Of a DNA stretch of 64,000 nucleotides, positions 45,332 through 57,459 are shown in pieces (positions within the stretch are counted from its first letter, which is position 1; every line of letters starts with the position of its first letter). Made by a program: the position numbers and the translations under genes. The notes beneath the pieces were generated by a model. It saw only the letters and a list, made by a program, of their open reading frames with translations, was not told where the DNA came from and ran no database searches. This DNA is from Eledone cirrhosa (lineage: Eukaryota): contig OZ024742.1 of NCBI GenBank assembly GCA_964016885.1, positions 258,602,001 through 258,666,000 on the forward strand, in the 5' to 3' direction.

Positions 45332-46180
45332 TATATTGGGTTTAAAGTTTTGGAAGGAGTGTCGGAAGCGGTGTTGGCAAGACGCGAACACTTCTGATTT
45401 TTTATTAAGGAGGTTATGGTTTGAGAAGATGATAGTATGGGTCTCTAGTAGACAGAGGTTACACAATTTATTAGATGGTTTGTACGATGTCGCATTACCT
45501 ATCACTTCCCATTTAAGTGTATATGGATTATTTTTAGTTTTTAGATAGTGTATGTAGCTAGATAGTGAAGTGGAGTTGGCTAGACTGTGTTTTTTTGAAA
45601 GAGTGGAGGTGCGAATTGTATCTAGCTTTGAAGCAGTTAGAAGTAGAGCCTATATAGGTTTCAGAAGAGTTGTTAGTTGTGACTGTGCATGAGTATATGA
45701 TATCCTTGTTTAAGCATTTTTTATCTAAAGGGCAGGTTCTATTTGATCTACAGTTACAATTATTCTGGGTGTTAGTCTGCCAGTTATTATGTTGTGTAGA
45801 AGTCTGGATGGTAGCTATAGGGTTATGGTTATGTGGGTTGTCGTTCCCAGCGTTATTGTTTACACTAGTGCTATTACTATTATTTCTATTGATATTAGGG
45901 TTAGTTGCTATAATGTTATTTTGAAGGTTTATCGTCTGTTGTGATTTAGTTTGTTGGAAATAGGAATTATTTTTTCTTTTATTGCTACTAGCTATGTGGT
46001 ATGCTATGTTAGGCGTAGTAGAGTAGATTTTAATAGTGTTTTTGTTTAAAAGGCTATGGTACTTGTGGCCGGATGGGAAGTTTTTATCTAGTAGTGAGAA
46101 GAAAGCCCTAGGTAGGTTGGTAGAGACGTTTAGATTGAAAGGAGGGTTGAAAAATGTATTATTTCTTCTTCTATTTTTGT
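45332..46180 (-). pseudogene. PLE linker + GIY-YIG endonuclease (ATG-less frame, Naiad-like)
   Basis: RRRNNTFFNPPFNLNVSTN..FFSLLDKNFPSGHKY..CNCRSNRTCPLDKKCL..IIYSCTV..YIGSTSNCFKARYNSH..TSLSSYI..KWEVI..CNLCLLE..LLNKKSEVFASCQH. Confidence 0.9.
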
Positions 46181-46688
46181 TTTTTTATGTCTGGTGAGTT
46201 GTTTCCTTTTATGGTACTATGTAACAATCTGTTACATGTTCTTTATGTCTGGTGAGTTGTTTCCTTTTATGGTACTATGTAACAATCTGTTACATGTAAC
46301 AATCTGCCGCTCTATAATCTTGTATAAATAGGACACGCGTGCATGCCACACGCGAGACTGTTGCATACACTGGCTACTCCAAACTTTCCTCTTGCTTTAT
46401 CTTCATAAACTGCCAATGTTTTATTTTTATTTTTATTTTTATTTAAACTTAAATTCTGTCCCGGATTGGAGGAAACAATTGTAAGCAAATAAATGATTTA
46501 AACTGAACTTTGATTCATGTAATTCCTATATAACTGCTCTGTAAAACAACTGATGTTGTTGCATTGAGCTATTTATCTTACTGGTAATAAGATAGTAATG
46601 AATTACTGTCTTTCACTATTTAGGGTTTAAAATATATATAGCTATAAAAGGTTTTAGTATATACATAACCATAAATAGTATCCTTAAT

Positions 46689-46856
<168 letters not shown>

Positions 46857-47511
46857 TAATATACATACATGCATACATATACATAGGTGTATTGCCAAAG
46901 AAAGTAGGATAATAAACAAAAGAACTAAGGTAGATGGAAAATTCCGAGATTTCAATATTTCTATACAACATGGAATGGTAACCAGAAGGAACCATAAGAT
47001 GAAACACTCAATCATCAGGAGAAATTCATATTAATAAACTCAGGCCTCGCGCACCAGGACTGAACAAAGTCTGATTCACGTCCTTGGCTCCTAATCCCCT
47101 CTTGGACTCATACACCTCCCCAATTTATCTAATACCCCGTCCATTATCACACCACTAGATTTCTATCGATTTCTCTTGATCATTAGCAGCTTTTCTTACA
47201 ACTAATACATGCCGACTATATACGCTCACTCCACTTTTCCGTCCACTGCTCTTATGTTAACATAATTTTGTTCATAGCTTCGTACTTACATGCACACACA
47301 CACTTTTACTCACATATACACACATATTTCTTCTTAGCTTCGTACATACGTATAACAACTGACCGTTGGTCAGTCAATGGTAAACATTGAGGACCGAATA
47401 AATTGACTGATATAAAAGATTCAGAAGAGAAAACCAACTGAACAGTGAGTGTGTTCTGTTATTAATTCTGGCAATATTATTACAACAATATGACCCTCCC
47501 CAAGTATAACA

Positions 47512-47630
<119 letters not shown>

Positions 47631-48325
47631 TGTGTGTGTGTGTGTGTGAGTGTTTGTACGCGCGTGAGTGATTGTAGATGTTGCCTTGCCTGTATTTACG
47701 TACAGCTATATCAATTAGATTTGAGAAGTAAATAATTGGACTGATATGGTCGACTAATTCTTTAAACGTGGTGCCCCTGCATAAAGGTACCCAAATAACT
47801 GTAACCAGAAACAATAAAACAATAAAACAAGAAGTATGAAACGGTGCACTTAAATTAGGAAATACCTTAGGAGAATTTGTAGAAAATTGTAAATATTTTC
47901 TGTTTACAACCGTTTAAAGCAAATGCCACTACTTCTGCCGGATAATAATTGTTAGGGCGTTGAAGGATACGTGTCTATTGTTTAAGGACATTTCGTTAAA
48001 TACTAACTAGAATAAGAAATAATTGTGTGATAGAGTTTACATACTAGTAAACAGTCGCATTAACATTTCTGATTGTATATAATACGAAATGGGTGATGTG
48101 CTTAATGTTTTGTTAATGACAATACTTTAATGTTATACTCAATAGCTGGTGCTACATCTAGTATTATTTAACCAAAGATACTCATCACATATCAGGAACA
48201 TACGATTCATAATTCATGTCCTCTCGTGGTTTTGGATATATACTGCAGAAACTTTAATTCGTTAGTCTGAAGATTATTTTAAATTGAAAAGTACAATGAG
48301 AGGCCTATCAAATATATCTCTCGAG

Positions 48326-48399
<74 letters not shown>

Positions 48400-48402
<3 letters not shown>

Positions 48403-48912
48403 GATAAATCTACCAAAAGTTTACGGTAGTGTCCAATCCGTATGAAGAACTCAATGTAATCCGGATATCATGAAAAGAGAAGATGCATTCAAAAACTACT
48501 TTCGGTGAAAAATAAACGGAAAACAGAGTGAAGATAAATTATTAAAAAAATAATGAATAAACAAAGAAACAATTCCTTAAATTAAAAAAATTCATCATTT
48601 TACGATCGTTTCTAGGATATATATGTGTTAGAGTTGGTATGCATATTCTATAGATCTATGTACAATATTTATACAAACTATCAGAGGGAATATACATACC
48701 TACACATATATATGCTGTCTTCAGAAGACAGCATATATATGTGTAGGTATGTATATTCCCTCTGATAGTTTGTATAAATATTGTACATAGATCTATAGAA
48801 TATGCATACCAACTCTAACACATATATATCCTAGAAACGATCGTAAAATGATGAATTTGTTTAATATAAGGAATTGTTTCTTTGTTTATTCATTATTTTT
48901 TTTATAATTTAT
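48400..48912. mobile_element. Foldback element: tail + ~380-bp palindrome
   Basis: 48534-48912 is self-complementary about the single base at 48723 (gctgtcttc-a-gaagacagc). Tail 48400-48533; (TA)n flanks. Confidence 0.88.
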
Positions 48913-48915
48913 ATT

Positions 48916-48946
<31 letters not shown>

Positions 48947-49939
48947 CGTGTGGCATGATGATTAGCTCCTGATATTATGCACGTGTTTGTTTCTTTTACT
49001 GAATGAATTGCTTTTATCCTCAACCATATTCACAATATTTCACGGCACTTTTGTTCCTTCAACAGGAATCAAAATATTTTTAGACGTCAATTGTACCAAG
49101 CTGTATCAGTATTTATTTTTCGTTTGGACAACATATAGTGTATACAGTGTATATATATAAGTTGCAACGACACTATCTATTGGGCCTTGCGTTTCGTTTT
49201 GTAACACACGTGAGGTTTAGAAGGGATATTTGTATACCTGAACGACTTGTTATTCTTCCATAAACTTAGAGTCCTGTCTTGCGCCGCCTTGAAGAAGCAG
49301 GTACCCGATCCAAACCCATGGTCAGACGTGACGCAAGGGATCTATTTATACATATATTGTTGTTAATTGTGCTATGGCTAACTTCTAAGAAACTAAATTA
49401 ACAATCAATTATGTAGAACATGTGTAATAATAATATTTTTCATAATTGCAAAACATGCAAGTATACGTCATTGCAGTGTTTTTTGATTTCTAGATTATAG
49501 TTAGCGTAATCCTTCGCTTAAATAGTAATGAGCTAGATTTTGAAAAAAGTTATTCAATATTGAAATTACTATTTCTGGAATAAACCAACATGCATCACAG
49601 AAGTAATGCTAAATATATGTTACTGCTTTATTTATAGTTAAATGAGTATTTAGAGCATCCGTTTTCATTGATCCTGTGTATATCGTTACAAACATTGAGC
49701 TCAAAAGCAATTTTACTAATCACTAATTGGATTTTATATGTAACCAGTGTTTGTACCTATCATCATTTTTACTGACTATCTGCCAAATTGACATCGGAAT
49801 AGTACTAATCCACATTCTTTCATCGAAATTAAAACTATGAACTAAGAAGCTATGACGCAGCTATATCAGGGGTAATATTTTATCATAGAACTAACGGTTT
49901 AGAATTGGCTTTGTAATGTAATATATTGTTAATATATAG

Positions 49940-50090
49940 ACGGTTGTGTCTTAGAGATCAGGGTTATTGTTTCAGGATCGCAAGGTCGTGAGTAGGATTC
50001 TCAATCGTCCATTGTGTCTTTGTACAAATCACTTTATTTTAAGTTACTGTAGTATAATTAGCATGAAGAAATGAGTTGCAACTGTAATTG
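49940..50090 (+). mobile_element. Degenerate CORE-type SINE
   Basis: gatcgcaaggtcgtgagtaggattc..ttgtgtctttgtacaaatcactttatttt..gaaatgagttgcaac resembles the 4373 SINE. Confidence 0.45.
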
Positions 50091-50650
50091 ACATATTTAG
50101 GCTTGTTAAACACCTTATCACGCTGAATCGTCTTGGGAACTCCGTTAAGTGTATCAGTGTCATGCTCATTCACTAGGATATTAATTTCTGGAGAAGGAAT
50201 TCCTGTTCGAACAACTGGAATACACGTGAAATAATACGATGGAAGCTCAACATACAGACACATATTGATATAATATAATTTGTAACTCTCGATTTGACAC
50301 TGAGTTGAACTCTGCAAAGCAATGGCATTGCAATGCTAATAATCACTTCTCCAATATCACTTCCGACGTGTACAAAAAAATACATATTTTAAATTTGAGA
50401 GCCAAAATTCCCAAAAGCTATGTAAACTATATACTATACTGATATATTTTGATCTGAAACAGTAATCGTGCCTATTAACTTTCCTATTTTAGAAACAAAT
50501 ATAAACATGTATATCAACTAACAACACCGTTTTCCAATATAAGCGTATTCCCTAATATTTATGTGAACAAGAATTACACACGCATACACACATATATATA
50601 TATGTGTGTATGTGTGTCTGTCTGTGTGTGTGTGTGTGTGTGTGACCATA

Positions 50651-50687
<37 letters not shown>

Positions 50688-50737
50688 GGAAAAAAATGAA
50701 ACGATATTTCATTTCCCACTCTTAGTACGTGTACATA

Positions 50738-50788
<51 letters not shown>

Positions 50789-51746
50789 AATTAATATATT
50801 TGCTACTCTTTCCATTCTCACTGACTCCGGAATTACATACCTTTGCCAGACCCATGCTAATCATGAAAGGAAATTTCTAAATGTAATTTCAACATATGAT
50901 GTTGAATACACCACACTGAGTTTGTTTGCCATAAAACGATTTGTGCGCAAAGAAGACAAAGGAGCCAAAAATAAAAGATATTAAAGCAAATTATTCGGTT
51001 TCATCTTTTGTTTTCTTCTATTTTCTACAAAACTAGTTTTCTTTTTTGTTATTTTCTTAATTTCCAATAGTGATCGGATAATTACCGTTCCATACCCCCT
51101 CCTATTTATATTCACGTGGACAACTACAAAGATTCTCCATTGATGGGCACTAATGGCCTCCAACAGCCTTTGATGATGTTTAAGTTGCGTAATTCGTTCT
51201 GCTATAGGAGGTTTATGGCATAAACAAGATTTTGTTGGTTGTTGATCTGTGGTCACTGTCATAGCAACTTAGATGAAATGCTATTTTCTTTGTATTCAAA
51301 TGTTTAACCACATCTTGCACTTGAACAATGTTCCTGTATATTTTGTATGTGTTCTATATTTCATATATAGAGAGTAATAGTCTTCATTAAATTGGAGAAA
51401 ACAGTATATATAATCATATTCCTATTACCGTTATCATATCCAATTCCACACACCGTCAATGTAAAGAAAATATTACGCTATATGAAAACATAGATCAGAG
51501 ATATATATAAGCCAAATAATGAGTGAATGAAAGAGTTACAAGCCGTTAAAACATTACACGTGTTTGCCCAGGGATCTCATCGGAGGCAGATATTATTAAT
51601 AAGCAAAGTCCTTAATTGCAAACTCTGAGAGGGTATAATAATATCACATCGCCAATAATAATATTCTGTATCGCACCTCTTTATATTTCTTCTGTCTATC
51701 CTCTTTTACGATACTATAACCTATTATATATATATATATATGTGTT

Positions 51747-51789
<43 letters not shown>

Positions 51790-51836
51790 TAAATGTATCT
51801 TTGGCAGGGTATGTATATATATGTGTGTATGTGTAT

Positions 51837-51937
<101 letters not shown>

Positions 51938-52070
51938 TGTGCGTGCGTGTGTGTGATTTGTTGGTAAGAATTGGTCTTATAAGATCATTTCTCTCAGAAC
52001 TTCTTATATCATTGAGCCGATATCATTCGCTTAATGTGGGACCATTTGTCTATACAATATCTTACCTTCG

Positions 52071-52159
<89 letters not shown>

Positions 52160-52314
52160 CGAAGGAGTTGTGGTAAGGAACCAGATGGACCATAACGCAC
52201 CAGAGTACTCAATACTTAGGCGTCCAGAAATAGCCGTCGAAACGGCTTCAGCTCTGCCGTCGGAGTCATACATTTTCCTGTATATAAATAAATGTATATA
52301 CATATATATACACA

Positions 52315-52351
<37 letters not shown>

Positions 52352-52408
52352 CTACCTGTGTATTTCATTAATACTGATTAAAAACAATTATATTCACTAA
52401 TATTATTA

Positions 52409-52495
52409 ATAATTGTTTCTGCTTTTGGCACAAGGCCAGCAATTACTCCATTATATTACTGGTACTTTGTATTATCGACCTCGTAAGGATGAAAG
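52409..52495 (-). mobile_element. tRNA-SINE 3' fragment
   Basis: aataattgtttctgcttttggcacaaggccagcaatta..attactggtacttt..taaggatgaaag. Confidence 0.8.
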
Positions 52496-53460
52496 TTACT
52501 GCGATTATTCCAGTTACATTTGATTTGAAAAATCAGCAGTGTGCTCCAGAAATTAATGCTGAGTATTTCAGGGTCATGTTTACCCCTAATGTAATTTCAA
52601 TGCTGAAACAGCCTGACACAATACGCTCCTTTAAACTAGAAGTACATTACATCTGACGAGCCGCATTCGTCTACACAATTTAACTCAAATGAATTGGAAC
52701 GATCGGAGTCTATGGTAGAAATCCTTTGCTTAGGAAGCTACTTGGCAACTCACTGACAGCAATATCATTATACGATGATATTTATTACGCTTTTAGACAC
52801 TAATCTACCATCATATTTTCGTGGAGGATTTAATTGAATCATCGGCACTCTACCTAACTATTACATTATTACATCGATTCAAGAAGGATACATTCGGTGA
52901 GAATCGAATTCAGCACAATACACATGCTACTTTGACAGATGCTCTAACAATTCTCCCAAACCGATATCCTATTATTCCTAAATTATTTTACAGAATTATT
53001 GTGTTAGAACGCGTAATACGTGAAAAGGCTGTGTGCTAGAAAGCTGTACAGTAGGGCGCAGTAAGTTACTACAATAATGTAAAGCTTTCGAAATTCAAAC
53101 GTCTCAGCCGCATCGCCGCATTTGATTGTCTGTATCTGCAGAAATAGTTGCATATATAAGTTCATTTGATCATGGGTGCATAACCTTATCCAAGTAGCTA
53201 ACGTGTCACGGCTACTTAAACTACAACATAAACTATGAATCTGCATAAATTAATATTTATTATTTCAGAAATTTACATATATTAATAAATATAAGATGCC
53301 TCAATTGTTTTAGTAGTATTTCAAAATATCATGGTGTGAGGTAATATATATATATGTGTGTGTGTGTGTGTGTATGTGTGTGTATGTGTATATATATATA
53401 TATATATATATGCATGTGTGTGTCTCTGTCCGAGTGTACCTGTGTGTATATGTATATATG

Positions 53461-53536
<76 letters not shown>

Positions 53537-53566
53537 ATCAAAAGATGGTTAAAAGAGTTCCATGTA

Positions 53567-53633
53567 TTTTATTATGCGTATTTCAAAAACAAATATCATC
53601 ATGCAATAACATTTGTGTTTTCATCAGATAAAA
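53567..53633 (-). ncRNA. Hammerhead ribozyme (left arm)
   Basis: ttttat-CTGATGA-aaacACAAATGTTAT..ATGATATTTGT-tttt-GAAA-TACGCA-TA-ataaaa. Confidence 0.75.
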
Positions 53634-56181
53634 TAGGAAGACATGATATGAGGGTTAAAAAACACTTGTGGATAGTGCAGTTTTAAATCAACATATGAAA
53701 AGTAGTTTTAGATTGATGTGTGATATTGCCGAAAAATATTTTTGAGGGGGTGGGGGTGAAAAAGAGGAGGAGATGAGAGTAAAAAGTGGAGGGGAGGAGT
53801 ATAATGAGGAAGGATGAGATAGAAGGAGAGATGGGTGATAGAGAGAGAGAGAGATAGCTTTTATAACTGTGAAAAATATATTGTTTTACATAGAGAGGTT
53901 GAAAAACCGTTGGAAGATAATGTATAAATTAAAAGAATTTGAAAATTAACGAAGAGAAAAATAATGTAAAGTTAAGGTTTGTATATTGAATGGTTTAATA
54001 ATATGTGCGATGAAAAGAAATTGTTAATATGTATTAAGAATAATATTTAAGGGTTTAATAATATGTGCGATGGAAAGAAAATGTTGATATGTATTATTAA
54101 AAATAGCAAAGGTAATGTAAGTAAGGATATATTGTGAACAAAAATAGAAGATAGGACGAAACATGAAAGTGAGAAAGAAATAATGAATTGAAGATGAATA
54201 ATCTAACGTCAAAAAAATGCTTATGTTTACGAAGGATTGTTTCAAGGTGATATAAAGTAAGAATATATTGTATTGTGTAATAATTGCTTCTATGTTAGGC
54301 ACAGTGAGAAAAGGTACAGATTAGGGGTTAGAAATTAAAAGAAAAAGAAAAGAAAAGGAAAAGGAAGAAAGGGAAGTGATAAATAGGAGTGATATAGAAT
54401 GAGTAACAAGTATTATATAATGTATAATAAATAACTTTGAAATAAGGTAGACAGATGGGTATATTTTTAAAGAAGTATATATATATATATATATATGTGC
54501 CTTTGAGAAAAGGATTCTGAATTGATAAAGTTTAGGATATTAGATGTATACTTTATGGAATGTTCTGTTGAATTTATGCAAGCAGAGAGAAAACGAGTCA
54601 GTGCGTCTATTTATTATAGAATCTAAATTAGATATAATGGTAAATTTTTCATTTAGACAGAGATTGCAAGTCTTGGATAGAGAACTGTTCAACTATGCAG
54701 AAAAAGCCTTTTTCCAAGAGATGTTATATTTAATACTTTTGTCTTTCAAGGACCATATGAGTTCTGAGAGAGCCGTGTTGGTTCATTTAAGTTGGTATTT
54801 AAAAGACGAATGATGATTATAAAGACGAGCTTTAAAGGAGGTGGAAGTGGAGCCAAAATAGGTGAAGGAATTGGTGTCAGTTAGAACTTTACATTCGTAG
54901 ATTAAGTTTTTATCAAGACAATGGTTGTTGAGAGGACATTTATTTTTAGCAGGGCAATTGTAATTGCGATTAGAGAGATTATTAACGAGTGACTTAGAGT
55001 TATCTATAGAAAGAATTGGATTGGACAAGTTATTTGCGATAGGAATAATAGTTTCTTGATTTAGAATGGGATTAAGAACATTTAGTGAAGTTGTGTTTGA
55101 CGTTATATTTGTGTTTGCAGAAATTAGCCTAGAGTTAACAATGACGTCGGGAGTACTATTACTATTATTATGATATTCAGTGTTGGAAGGAAGAGATTTA
55201 GTATTTAGTATTTTATTGTTGTGTTTAGAGATAATGTTGGAAATGTTGGAGGATTTCGAATAGGAAAATTGTATAGTGTGTTTGTTAAATATTTTACTAT
55301 AGATATGTGAGGGAGGGAAGCATTTATTTAAGGCACTAAAGAATAATTTAGGAATATTATTATTAATAGAGATGGAGAAAGGAGCATTATACCAGATTAT
55401 GTTTTTGTATCTAGGTCTTTTATTAAAGTTATTGGAATGATCATGATTAATTATTCTACTGTAAGATCTTCTAGAATTTGTTTCTTTATTATATTTGATT
55501 TTATCAGGATAGCTGGCTTTAGAAAGCGCGTTATTATAGTAATTGGCGTTAGCATCAAAGATGTTTTTATTAGAAGATAGGTTAGATATTCTTTTTCCAA
55601 TATTACTAACTATAGCATTCTTAATATTAGAAGGGTGGTTAGATTTAAAATTAACATAATTTAGGTTCTCATTGTTTTTATGGTAAGGGTAATATAGGCC
55701 AGTGTCAAGATTAAGAGATACATCCCAGAAATTAACTAGTTTGATGCTGTTATCAAAATCAATTTTTAGGTTATGTTGGTTAAAGAGATTACGTATATTG
55801 TTCTTAATAATATTAATATTAATATATTAATATTAATATTATTTTTCTCTTCGTTAATTTTCAAATTCTTTTAATTCATACATTATCTTCCAACGGTTTT
55901 TCAACCTCTCTATGTAAAACAATATATTTTTCTCAGTTATAAAAGCTATCTCTCTCTCTCTCTATCACCCATCTCTCCTCCTATCTCATCCTTCCTCAAT
56001 ATACTCCTCCCCCCTCCACTTTTTACTCTCATCTCATCCTCTTTTTCATCCTTTCCACCCCCCACCCCCTCAACAATTTTTTTCTCCAATAACACACATC
56101 AATCTAAAACTACTTTTCATATGTTGATTTAAAACTGAACTATCCACGAGTGTTTTTTAACCCTCATATCATGTCCTCCTA

Positions 56182-56248
56182 TTTTATCTGATGAAAACAC
56201 AAATGTTATTGCATGATGATATTTGTTTTTGAAATGCGCATAATAAAA
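56182..56248 (+). ncRNA. Hammerhead ribozyme (right arm)
   Basis: Same as the left arm but with palindromic stem III TGCGCA. Confidence 0.8.
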
Positions 56249-56374
56249 TACATGGAACTCTTTTAACCATCTTTTGATCTTATATATTATGTATACTCCA
56301 GTCCTACAAACTGTAGAGTGCTTCTTATCCGATATCTGCATTGCTTTATTGTATTACAATAAAACTCACCTCCT

Positions 56375-56474
<100 letters not shown>

Positions 56475-56659
56475 ATATACAATATATTAACAAATCGAAA
56501 CTACTATAGGGGTAGACCAGAGCAAAATGGTTGAATAACATCCACGAGCTTGGCTGGTATCACCTGTGAATCCAGCCAGATCAATTGAAGATGGTTGCAT
56601 CTGAGTCCTACTGGAAGGCGCTTTTGAAGACTGTGCACCCTCTAAGGAATAAGTGGGCA

Positions 56660-56780
56660 AAGAAGAAAAAGACTTAGAAAGGATGAAAGGCAAAGTTGAC
56701 GTAACAGGATTTGATCTTAGAGCTCTAATAGCCGGAATGAATACGGCAAATATTCTATCTGTTGCTCTAACAACTATGCC
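56660..56780 (-). mobile_element. tRNA-SINE, diverged
   Basis: aaaggatgaaaggcaaagttgac..ggatttga. Confidence 0.7.
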
Positions 56781-56879
56781 ATTCATTACAAATTATAAAT
56801 TTACAAGTTTAAAAAAAAACATATATTTATCAATTATTATAATCAATACTTAGAAATTTCTATTTCTTTTTAATTTCAG

Positions 56880-57116
56880 GCTGGATCCAATTGGTCAAAA
56901 TGTGAAGAGGAATGTTTGAAACCACGACTCCCTGGTTGTAACCATGAGTGCTCATTACCATGTCATCCAAGAGATTGTCCACCATGTTGAGAGATAATTC
57001 GAATGCGCTGTCACTTTCAAAACATACTCAAGTACATTCAGTGTTACAAATGGGCTACAGCTGATACAGAGTCCAAATCTGTTTTAAAGTCTTGTGGACT
57101 AGACTGTACAAAAGTG
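56880..57116 (+). pseudogene. NFXL1: Isolated exon of an NF-X1-type zinc-finger gene (NFXL1-like) with in-frame stop
   Basis: Acceptor tttcag| and donor |gtaag; 237 bp, phase 0. [67 protein letters not shown] recalls the NFXL1 segment C..CEE.C.K.R..GC.H.C.L.CHP..CPPC....R..CHC. TGA at 56988. Confidence 0.8.
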
Positions 57117-57145
57117 GTAAGCGTTTTGTTTTTATTATATAAAAG

Positions 57146-57340
57146 GGCAGTGGATTGGCAGCATCATAGAGTGTTGGACACTATGCTTTACATTCTGAGT
57201 TCAAATCCCGTTGAGGTTAGCTTTGCCTTTCATCCCTATGGGAGTTATAAAATAAGGTACCAGTAAGCCCTGGGGTCGATTTAATCGACTTTCCCCTACT
57301 CTTCAAATTGTTGGCTTTATGCCTTAATCAGAAGCCATTA
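57146..57340 (+). mobile_element. tRNA-derived SINE, full length
   Basis: tggcagcatcatag..ctgagttcaaatcccgttgaggttagctttgcctttcatcc..aaaataaggtaccagt..ctggggtcgat. Confidence 0.85.
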
Positions 57341-57459
57341 TATATTTTAATATATATGTTCCATTTTAGGCATGGTTTATATAGCTGAAAGCGTAAGACC
57401 AACCAATTTACACAGTACGCAGGGTACATTTTATCATTGCAATAATACTAAAAAGTTAC

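Noticed and set aside
50173-50460. Possible membrane-transporter exon on the minus strand (FFVHVGSDIGEVIISIAMPLL)
   Set aside because: It has in-frame stops, no clear donor site and no family motif I can support.
53533-56282. DNA transposon with long TIRs (also 34545 and 43725)
   Set aside because: The interior encodes PLE RT/GIY-YIG, the arms carry hammerheads and a one-sided tail, and there is no DDE transposase.
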